Below, piece after piece: positions 1-8,097 of a stretch of DNA of 64,000 nucleotides. The stretch covers positions 256,001-320,000 of the forward strand of contig JBGAHS010000008.1 in NCBI GenBank assembly GCA_044226015.1, given 5' to 3'. The DNA is from Candidatus Obscuribacteraceae bacterium (GTDB lineage Bacteria; Cyanobacteriota; Vampirovibrionia; Obscuribacterales; Obscuribacteraceae). Below the pieces are notes generated by a model. That model was not told the DNA's origin. It saw only the letters and a list, made by a program, of their open reading frames with translations, and did not search any database. Each line of letters starts with the position of its first letter. Within the stretch, counting starts at the first letter, position 1. The position numbers and the translations under genes are program-made.

Positions 1-1
1 G

Positions 2-740
2 GACTTGTTGAGAGTATTAAGTCAGGTCATTATCATTCTGCCTTTTCTTGCGCAGGGTGTTGCAAATGCGAGTGATGATCTCGCAATGGATAAGAAACGC
101 TGTTCTCCAAAAGCGAATCAACCTTGTAGCCAATAAAACACCCGCCTGCGAGTGGCAAGAATCGTCTAGTGGATGTAATTTCTCAAGAAAAAATGCGGGT
201 AGTTTCTATGAAGATGTCGATTTAGGTGCATACATATCTCCTGATGGAACAGTATTGGACAAAAGCCAACTGAGAGAATTGCTACTGCGAATACAGAATT
301 CAAAAAAAATACGAATCACTGAATTTTGACGAATTGGGTTGTACAAAAAACAAATACGAAGCAGTGTACAAGGAGCTTCGTGTAAACCAAAGTCCTGAGA
401 AGGAAAAATCCTACGACGATTTTTGCAAAGTCAATTCAACAGCGTAGAGCAGAGCACAGGAAAGGCTTGCCTCACGATAACTCTCCATTCAAAAATTTTC
501 GGAAATAACCCCGAAACAACTGTTTGGAGCAACAACGTTAACAATCCTATGATGCTTCCCTGGCACGTCAAAATGGGCGAATTGAGCTGGACTACATACT
601 CTAGTTCAATGGTGCAAAAAATTGCTGAACTTTTGAAACAAAGCGATGTTGCAAGAACTCATCTGTCGGCGGACGACTTCTGGGTATCTAGTCAATGGTG
701 GATGAACAGACAAGTTGCAACTGATGCAAGAAACAAATAG
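2..740 (+). pseudogene. Frameshift-fragmented gene for a probable exported hypothetical protein (5' end may lie outside the window)
   Basis: The frame from position 2 gives a signal-peptide-like LLRVLSQVIIILPFLAQGVANA. ORFs 48-329 and 423-740 share a frame and are bridged by a third-frame segment between an A8 run (302-309) and a T5 run (420-424). Confidence 0.35.
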
Positions 741-794
741 TTGCACACTACGCGCTTTTTGAAAGTTCAGAAAGTGCTGATACAGCGTTAAAGA

Positions 795-1301
795 CTAATC
801 GTTTTTGCTTTTAGCGTCGCGCTCTTTTTCTTTGCGATCTTCTTCTGCTTCTAGTGCTTTCTTGCGAGCGTCTTCCTCATCGTGTTCTTTTTCACGACGA
901 GCATCTGCATCTTGCTTCGCTTGCCATTCTTCTTCGGTCATCCACTTATTTACGAAAGGTGCCTTGATATGCACTTTACCGTTGATATGCTCGACCTTCG
1001 TGAAAGGCGCTTTTACAACGCGATTTCCATTTGCGTCCTGTTTCACCGAGACAAAGGGTGCCTTAACCGTTTCGTTTCCATCTGCATCTTTAACGACCTT
1101 TGTGAAAGGAGCTTTCACCTTCTCATAGCCATGGCCGTCTTTCTCAATTTTTGTGAGTGGAGCTTTACTTACTTCCACTTCTCCTTTTGGTCTGGCTTCA
1201 CCTTTAACTACGTCTTCTGCTTTGACTATAGGGCTAGAAAGCATCGCAAGGACGGCAATACTTGTGTAACCAACAGCTTGAAATTTGGTGATTTTTCTCA
1301 T
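795..1301 (-). CDS. Exported protein with five KAP(F/L) beta-hairpin repeats and a charged C-terminal helix
   Basis: Sec-type N-terminus ending VKA. Repeats SKAPLTKI, VKAPFTKV, VKAPFVSV, VKAPFTKV, IKAPFVNK at 16-17 aa spacing. AGG/GAGG SD upstream. Confidence 0.8.
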   Translation of the reverse strand: MRKITKFQAVGYTSIAVLAMLSSPIVKAEDVVKGEARPKGEVEVSKAPLTKIEKDGHGYEKVKAPFTKVVKDADGNETVKAPFVSVKQDANGNRVVKAPFTKVEHINGKVHIKAPFVNKWMTEEEWQAKQDADARREKEHDEEDARKKALEAEEDRKEKERDAKSKND

Positions 1302-1388
1302 GAAACCTTCCTCGGACGACTTCCGCCAATGCTAGCAGATTCTCGTCGTCGCACTATAAATCCGACTAATACGTAAATGAGGGCTCTG

Positions 1389-2456
1389 TCAGAAAGCGGG
1401 CGTGCACTGAGTTGAATGGACAAGCCTCAAGCTTGATGAGACTGGCGCTACTAACTCCTCTGGAGCAGGCAAGGGCACTTTGCTAACTGACTCTACAAAT
1501 CGAGCGCTTTTTTGCCATTTTTCATATCGTGCTTTAAGCCAGTTCTTTGTTTCACCTAATTTTAGAACTGGGAGGAGTTTGACCAGACAATAAATCACGA
1601 GATCCATGGACTCTTTTGGACATTCCGTAAATCCATCAGAATCAACAAAAACTTTGAGAAACGAATCGTTCGTAAAAGTAACGGTGTCGAGAGCTTGCAT
1701 CAGTCGCTGATCGAACCAGAACGCTTCATTCGCCGCAATTACAGCGTTAAAACTATCTCCTTCACTGAGAAACGCAAGAATGGCTTTGCAATATTTGTAG
1801 AGGAGATTTTGACTATCACACACTGTTTCGATGTATCGGACTCCAGCCTCGTACTGACCAGAGAATATGTAAGCAAGCGCCTTATGATGGCGAATGCGTA
1901 ACACATCAATCTGATCAAGTTGCAACAGTTCCTCATAAATTGAAAATACTGAATCGAAATCACCAGCTAGCAGTAACCCCTGAGCTAGTCGAAATGAGCA
2001 GCGAAGAAAGACCCTCGAGCTGGTGAATTCACTGAGCCTGCCAGGTTTCTTTCTAATGAAAGACTGTTCAATGATCCAGCGAGAATCATTTTGACCTGTC
2101 CTGTACCATTTGATCTTTCTATCCAAATCATCGCTGTTCTCAGCAACAAACTTTGCTGCATCAGGACATTGATTGCTGATTTCAGTCGCCTGCCGAGCGA
2201 AGCGCATACGAACACGTGGGCTTCTGCTGCTCAGCGCATCAAGAAATTTCCCCTGCGCTGCACCGCGAGGAGTTGAACGGTCAAAAATATCTTTCATTGG
2301 GCGCGTCAGCCTACCGAGAATAAAGGATCTGGCTTCGTCAGTGTCAAGGTTTCTAACTTCAATTTCTCGCTTCAACATTTCAATAATAGTCAGAATCTCG
2401 GTCATTTCGAATGTTGCTAACTCATTGGAATAGTTCTCAAATTGCTTGATTGTCAT
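1389..2456 (-). CDS. TPR-like helical protein (start uncertain, 2456-2561)
   Basis: SIYEELLQLDQIDVLRIRH aligns by eye with SIYERLLKLNPDDNLGTRY in the C-terminal domain of 36745-38634. Confidence 0.6.
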   Translation of the reverse strand: MTIKQFENYSNELATFEMTEILTIIEMLKREIEVRNLDTDEARSFILGRLTRPMKDIFDRSTPRGAAQGKFLDALSSRSPRVRMRFARQATEISNQCPDAAKFVAENSDDLDRKIKWYRTGQNDSRWIIEQSFIRKKPGRLSEFTSSRVFLRCSFRLAQGLLLAGDFDSVFSIYEELLQLDQIDVLRIRHHKALAYIFSGQYEAGVRYIETVCDSQNLLYKYCKAILAFLSEGDSFNAVIAANEAFWFDQRLMQALDTVTFTNDSFLKVFVDSDGFTECPKESMDLVIYCLVKLLPVLKLGETKNWLKARYEKWQKSARFVESVSKVPLPAPEELVAPVSSSLRLVHSTQCTPAF

Positions 2457-2690
2457 GATCGGCTCCATTAACTTGCATGTAAAGGATGACGATGCAGCGG
2501 CACTACGAGCGGTGGCGCCACTCGCAAGTAAAATTGCTTGCATCAAAAGTCTCTGATGCAATCCTACAAGCAGTTATCAAAAAGACAATCCCGATAAAAA
2601 CCTCGGGAAAATCTGATTGGTCCATAAAGACTTCAACGGCAGGCAAGCACAGCACCTGTCCGAAGAAAAACATTTTTTTCTATGCAAAAA

Positions 2691-3488
2691 TTACGCGGCT
2701 ACTTCGCAAAGTTCGGGGTCCGCATCATATTCTGGCTCTGGCTCAGGGTGGCTAAGGTTAAAGCGCTCATTCACATCAGTGGCAAGACCCAAAAACTTTA
2801 GCGCCCGAATAGTCATCCAAGCGATATCGAGTTCAAACCATCGCATTCCAGTTCTAGCGCAGCCTGGGTAGGCATGATGATTGTTGTGCCAGTTGTCGCC
2901 CATGGTGATAAATGTGAGCCACCAGACATTTACGCTGTCTTCACCCTTTTCAAAATTCTTGTATCCAAGCTTTGGTTTATGGCACACCAAGTTGACCAGG
3001 AAGGGCACCTGCTGCGCAATAAGACCGGCTGCCACACTAGCCAGTGCAACCTTCCAGCCAAAAAGAAGCCAGAGTACACCTCGGAAACCGAAACCATAAA
3101 ATGTATTGGTTAGATGTGACGTGTGCCAGTTATTCTTGCGTTCAAGCAAACGATAAAGAGGATCGTTAATCAAGTCTTTCGCTTGCGTTTGTGGATTGAT
3201 GTGAGCTGGGTAATGTTTACCGAAGATCCAGCCCGAATAAGCGTGTACGTTTCCGTAACGCGGGCTGTGCGGGTCTTTCTCAGTATCAGTAAAGCGGTGA
3301 TGCGCACGATGGATGCAAGCCCACCAAATTGGTGAGCTTTCAAACGCCAAATATCCACCGATTACAAAGAAGTACTCAACTAATTTCGGGCACTTAAAGC
3401 TTCGATGAGCCAACAGACGATGATAACCGACTGTAATGCCGAGCAAATGCCAGACGTAAAAGACCAAAAAGTAGATTAATAAGTCCAT
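2691..3488 (-). CDS. desC: Delta-9 acyl-CoA/acyl-lipid fatty acid desaturase
   Basis: Three His boxes HRLLAH, HRAHH and HNNHH, the DPHSP motif and transmembrane segments. Confidence 0.93.
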   Translation of the reverse strand: MDLLIYFLVFYVWHLLGITVGYHRLLAHRSFKCPKLVEYFFVIGGYLAFESSPIWWACIHRAHHRFTDTEKDPHSPRYGNVHAYSGWIFGKHYPAHINPQTQAKDLINDPLYRLLERKNNWHTSHLTNTFYGFGFRGVLWLLFGWKVALASVAAGLIAQQVPFLVNLVCHKPKLGYKNFEKGEDSVNVWWLTFITMGDNWHNNHHAYPGCARTGMRWFELDIAWMTIRALKFLGLATDVNERFNLSHPEPEPEYDADPELCEVAA

Positions 3489-3546
3489 TCAATCCTGCAA
3501 TGCCTAAAAGCAATAATCGAGCGCGTCACCGCACCAATTATGCGAT

Positions 3547-3816
3547 TTAATAACGCGATCTGGTTTTCGGCTTCGGCTGCGAAACGGAAACTGAAATTTG
3601 ACGGCCGTTAACATCTTTGCCGTTCAGATTCTTGATTGCTGCTTCGGCATCTGCTTGCGATTCCATTTCAACGAAACCGAAACCACGTGGGCGACCTGTT
3701 TCTCTATCGGTAGCGATATTGCAAGAAACTACTTGTCCGCACTGAGCGAAAAGCTCTGACAAGGTTTCGGATGTAACAGCAAACGACAAATTACCGACAA
3801 AAAGCTTGTTATTCAT
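3547..3816 (-). CDS. rbp: RRM-domain RNA-binding protein (Rbp family)
   Basis: RNP2 LFVGNL and RNP1 RGFGFVEM. Confidence 0.96.
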   Translation of the reverse strand: MNNKLFVGNLSFAVTSETLSELFAQCGQVVSCNIATDRETGRPRGFGFVEMESQADAEAAIKNLNGKDVNGRQISVSVSQPKPKTRSRY

Positions 3817-3825
3817 ATGTATTCA

Positions 3826-3866
3826 TCTCAACTTTCGACCTGGAGTACTCATCGACAAAGTTGAGA
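3826..3866 (-). promoter_or_regulatory. 5'-UTR hairpin directly upstream of the rbp start codon
   Basis: Perfect 10-bp stem TCTCAACTTT (3826-3835) / AAAGTTGAGA (3857-3866), ending about 10 nt before the ATG. Confidence 0.45.
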
Positions 3867-4070
3867 ACATCGGCCATAGCTACGTAGAGCATTATGACAT
3901 CTTTCCATCGTTTTGGCTGAGTTCATTCACGAAACTACATTATTGCTAAGTCACGATGATGCGTTTTGACGGTCTGATTTTCTGCGACAAACCGAAAATC
4001 TGGTCGCGAAAGCAAATCTATAAAGCAGCTATTAGCAAGCATTTTTGGATTTTGCATCTGATAAGCGCAA

Positions 4071-4104
4071 GCGGATAATTTACCTTTAAGGATAGATTAT
4101 CCGC
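4071..4104. terminator. Stem-loop, possible terminator for 4131-4481
   Basis: GCGGATAAT...ATTATCCGC inverted repeat with only a weak U tract. Confidence 0.45.
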
Positions 4105-4130
4105 CAGCTTAAATATGAATCAGGTGACAA

Positions 4131-4481
4131 CTAGTCTGTATATCTATTTCCCTGAGGAAGATATTCCATTATTAGGCTCTGCAAAACACGCGAGCGCTCA
4201 ACCCTAGTTGAAGACTCCATAGGATGAATGAAAACGAAAAGGTCGGACATTTCCCCGCCTTCTCTAGACCAAATTTCGCTCATCTTGGATTTGATTTGCG
4301 GGGCCGAAAGACTTTCCGCTTCCCCAAAATAAAGAACGGTGTGTGACTTTGGCTTAGTTTGCGGGTCGCGCTGATATGTAACGGCATATACTGCTGGCAC
4401 CTTTGGTGGTGCCCAATCTTCGAGTGCACCACATGATGAAAAAGCAACGCGCTCACGCCTGCCCCAAGAAATTACGCTCAT
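4131..4481 (-). CDS. Small GIY-YIG-like domain protein
   Basis: PAVYAV...VLYFGEAESL matches the GIY...YIG motif pair. About 116 aa. Confidence 0.6.
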   Translation of the reverse strand: MSVISWGRRERVAFSSCGALEDWAPPKVPAVYAVTYQRDPQTKPKSHTVLYFGEAESLSAPQIKSKMSEIWSREGGEMSDLFVFIHPMESSTRVERSRVLQSLIMEYLPQGNRYTD

Positions 4482-4815
4482 AAACTCCAACCTTTTGAGA
4501 AATCGCGTCTCAATTAGCTGAGAAACGAAAAAAAACTATAGAACATATTTATTATGACACGTTTCATAAATGGAGTAAATGAGAATCTCAGATTTCAGTG
4601 CTAGACCGCGCGATTCAGCGCGAGACACTCATCAAAGCACTCACCTGTAGTTTAAGCCAAGCTGACACATTGCAGCATTTATGGCGTTGCGGCTCAAAAT
4701 TCGTTTACACGGTTGGGTTTAGAACTATCTTGCATATGAATTTAGCATTGTAGGGAATAAAAACCTCAGGAAAATCTTACCCAGTTAAAATCTCATGTCT
4801 GGCTTCCCAAGCGCC

Positions 4816-4843
4816 TTGCATAGATCACACTGCTCTGTATAAT
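4816..4843 (+). promoter_or_regulatory. Sigma70-type promoter
   Basis: TTGCAT (4816-4821), 16-bp spacer, TATAAT (4838-4843). Confidence 0.5.
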
Positions 4844-4850
4844 CTCAATT

Positions 4851-5135
4851 CTGGATGCAACTGATGAAGAATGGCGAAGGAAGTCCGATTTAGAAAGAAT
4901 TACACACAATCACAGTTTTGGAAAAGCTATTCGCGAATTAAGACAACAACGCAAACTGTCTCAATCTTCCATCAGCGGTATTTCAGAGCGCCATCTACGC
5001 CGAATTGAGTCGGGAGAGATACGACCCAGCACCGAGATGCTTCACGAGCTTGCAAAAGCTCACAAAATGGGCATCAGCAAATATCTTGAAGAAATAGGCG
5101 AGCGAATAAACCAAATGGATGCAAGGTCCAACTGA
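4851..5135 (+). pseudogene. XRE-family HTH coding frame with no canonical start upstream of the HTH (truncated gene or non-canonical start); absent from the ORF track
   Basis: Manual translation gives ...HSFGKAIRELRQQRKLSQSSISGISERHLRRIESGEIRPSTEMLHELAKAHKM...*. The frame is open from TAG at 4821-4823 to TGA at 5133-5135. Confidence 0.7.
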
Positions 5136-5254
5136 ACGACCACTTCACTTTGTTCTGGCCCAGGATATCAGTGTTTTTATGCGGGTTTACCCCTATTAAT
5201 ACTCGCGTGATTGAGCTAGTTTGAAATTGGGTCCGCCAAACTTCAAAAGAGCAA

Positions 5255-6079
5255 ATGGAATTCTCGAATCAAGACCGCATAATAGAGAAAGAATCTGATT
5301 TCGAAACGTCGGATTCATTGCGGTCTGACGCACTTATGGTGGCACAGTCAACAAAGTCAAAAAGCGCACTGCCGCCCGTAAAAGAAACATTATTGCAAGG
5401 TAAACAAAACGAGCTGGGAACACTTCCTGAAATACAAATTCGGGTGCCAAGCTATTCAAAAGAGGTCCATACAAACGGATCCATAACGCTCAGAGACGCA
5501 GTCGGCTTGCGGATAGAGATATCTGCAGATGTTGACGAAAAAACAAAGAATGCAGTTGAATTTTACGCAGCGAACCTGCCGCAAAACTTGCGCGAGAGAC
5601 TGGCAGCCGCCAATGTACCAATTTACGTTGTGAACAAAATGTCCGATCTCAACCCCGCAATGAAAGATCTGCCCTTGCCAGTTCAAGACCCGCGAAAATC
5701 CTGGGACGAAGTCGGCGCAGCATATTTCGACAACAAAGAATGGAATATGCTCGGCAAAAAGGGAGTTGTAATCACACCCCCGTTTCTCGAATTCGCTCTG
5801 GTGCATGAAAGCGCACACGCCCTCGATGATATCGAGGGTCGTCCCTCTCACACAGCTGAATTCAAAGCGCTATGGGATGCAGATTTACAAAATGCCACGA
5901 ATAACAAGCTCGGCATAAACCCTTATCTTGCCCAAATGGGAAACCGCGGACCAGAGGAAGCATTCGCCGAAATATTCGACGCGCTTAACGCGAAAATTCC
6001 AAATAAGAAGCAAGAGCAGACCCTTCAAACATTCCCATCACTAGCAAACTACATTTACGAAAGGTACTTTGCTAAGTGA
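5255..6079 (+). CDS. Zinc metallopeptidase, anthrax-lethal-factor/PPEP-like domain
   Basis: HESAHALD (HExxH) plus downstream PEEAFAEIF, after a low-complexity N-terminus. Confidence 0.75.
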   Translation: MEFSNQDRIIEKESDFETSDSLRSDALMVAQSTKSKSALPPVKETLLQGKQNELGTLPEIQIRVPSYSKEVHTNGSITLRDAVGLRIEISADVDEKTKNAVEFYAANLPQNLRERLAAANVPIYVVNKMSDLNPAMKDLPLPVQDPRKSWDEVGAAYFDNKEWNMLGKKGVVITPPFLEFALVHESAHALDDIEGRPSHTAEFKALWDADLQNATNNKLGINPYLAQMGNRGPEEAFAEIFDALNAKIPNKKQEQTLQTFPSLANYIYERYFAK

Positions 6080-6393
6080 GATTCTGCTCTAGATTGTTTA
6101 CAGCCAATCTATAAAGCATTCGCTGCCGTTGCCAAGCCTGATACAATGGCGAGCGTTTACTTAGCTTTGATGAACCTAAAACTGTGATACAGCATAACCA
6201 AACCCAGTGCCCTCGCGCCGCAAGCAGCTTTTCCCTCTCTTGCCCGAGCAGTCCAATTTGACCTCGCTTTGAGTCTAGCCTTTTGAAACCACGTTTTACG
6301 ACCATGAGTTTCGAAAAGCTATATGTCGCACATGCTGTACAGCCGCTGAAGCGGTCTTTGACGCTTTAGCTTGTTCCACAAGAGGAAAAAATA

Positions 6394-8055
6394 ATGAGTT
6401 CAGATACACCCGAAACGCCTGTGCTCGGCGCCCTATCACAGACAGACCTAAACAAACTGCGCAAAGAAGTATTGCGCCGACGAACATTTGCCATCATCTC
6501 TCACCCGGACGCTGGCAAAACCACGTTAACTGAAAAGTTGCTACTTTACGGAGGCGCTATCGAGGCCGCAGGTGCAGTTAAGTCCAGCCGTGCCCAGCAA
6601 GCAGCAACCTCCGACTGGATGGAGCTCGAAAAACAGCGCGGAATATCAATCACATCTACGGTTCTTCAATTCGAGTACAGCACAACGTGCTTGAACTTGC
6701 TAGATACGCCTGGGCACCAAGATTTTAGCGAAGACACATATAGAACACTGGCAGCAGCAGACAACGCAGTGATGCTCATTGACGCTGCGAAAGGGCTAGA
6801 GCCGCAGACAAGAAAACTTTTCGAAGTTTGCCGCCTCCGCAATTTACCGCTCTTCACTTTCATAAATAAGCTTGATCGCCCAAGCAAAGAGCCATTCGAA
6901 CTGCTTGATGAAATCGAACAAGAGTTCAAACTGCGCACCTATGCAGTCAACTGGCCGATTGGAACTGGTGACCGCTTCCAGGGTGTGGTAGATCGCAAGA
7001 CAAGAATTGCGCATTTATTCGTTCGCAATGCTGGCGGACGCGCACGAGCTGAGGTGCAGAAGCTACCGTTAGATCATCCCGACATGGTGAAACTAATTCC
7101 TCAAGAAATTTACAAACAAGTCTTGGAAGAACTAGAGATACTCGACGGTGCCGCCGGAGCAATGTCTCTGGACGAGGTTCATAGCGCAGAATTAACACCT
7201 GTATTTTTTGGCAGCGCGATGAACAACTTTGGTGTTCAGCTCTTTCTGGACTCATTCATTGAACTGTCTGTTTCTCCTCTCGAATTTGACGAAGAAAGAG
7301 GTGTGATCAATCCAATTCAGCCTGACTTCAGCGGATTTGTATTCAAACTGCAAGCGAATATGGACCCCAAGCACCGAGACAGAATCGCATTTGTTCGCAT
7401 CTGTTCAGGAGTTTTTGAAAGAGGCATGGTGGTGACAAATAGTCGCACCGGACGCCAGGTTTCGTTGACACAACCAAAGAAACTTTTTGCGCAAGACCGC
7501 GAGACGATCGAAGAGGCTTATCCAGGAGACATAATCGGTCTCAACAATCCGGGTTCATTTGGCATTGGCGATACTCTTTATTTCGGAAAAGCGGTCCAGC
7601 TTCCTGGCATACCAAGTTTCCGTCCAGAACATTTTGCGATTTTAGAAAATAGCGAGCCAAGCAAATATAAGCAGTTCCACAAAGGTATCACCGCTCTGCA
7701 AGAAGAGGGCGCCATCCAGGTTTTGTGGATGACTGAGGCAGAAACGAGATATCCCCTCTTAGCAGCAGTTGGTCCACTTCAATTCGAAGTGGTGCAATTC
7801 CGACTGCAATCTGAATACAAAGTCGCAACGACTTTACGAACGGTAGATATCAAACATGCTTTCTGGGTACCCGGCGATTGGGCTGCGCTTGCAACGATGA
7901 ACAGGGAAAGATTCAGCGTGATCATCGCAAAGGACAAATTCGAAGAGCCAGTTCTACTTTTCAAACAGAATTGGGATCTCCGTGCTTTCACCGAGAAAAA
8001 TCCGAACATCGAACTCAGCGTTGTGAGCCCAAGAACTTCGTTAGCTGGCACATAA
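6394..8055 (+). CDS. prfC: Peptide chain release factor 3
   Basis: [51 protein letters not shown] and [11 protein letters not shown]. Confidence 0.98.
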   Translation: MSSDTPETPVLGALSQTDLNKLRKEVLRRRTFAIISHPDAGKTTLTEKLLLYGGAIEAAGAVKSSRAQQAATSDWMELEKQRGISITSTVLQFEYSTTCLNLLDTPGHQDFSEDTYRTLAAADNAVMLIDAAKGLEPQTRKLFEVCRLRNLPLFTFINKLDRPSKEPFELLDEIEQEFKLRTYAVNWPIGTGDRFQGVVDRKTRIAHLFVRNAGGRARAEVQKLPLDHPDMVKLIPQEIYKQVLEELEILDGAAGAMSLDEVHSAELTPVFFGSAMNNFGVQLFLDSFIELSVSPLEFDEERGVINPIQPDFSGFVFKLQANMDPKHRDRIAFVRICSGVFERGMVVTNSRTGRQVSLTQPKKLFAQDRETIEEAYPGDIIGLNNPGSFGIGDTLYFGKAVQLPGIPSFRPEHFAILENSEPSKYKQFHKGITALQEEGAIQVLWMTEAETRYPLLAAVGPLQFEVVQFRLQSEYKVATTLRTVDIKHAFWVPGDWAALATMNRERFSVIIAKDKFEEPVLLFKQNWDLRAFTEKNPNIELSVVSPRTSLAGT

Positions 8056-8097
8056 TCCACTGCGCCTCGGGAATATAACCGATGGTTGGAGTTGTGA

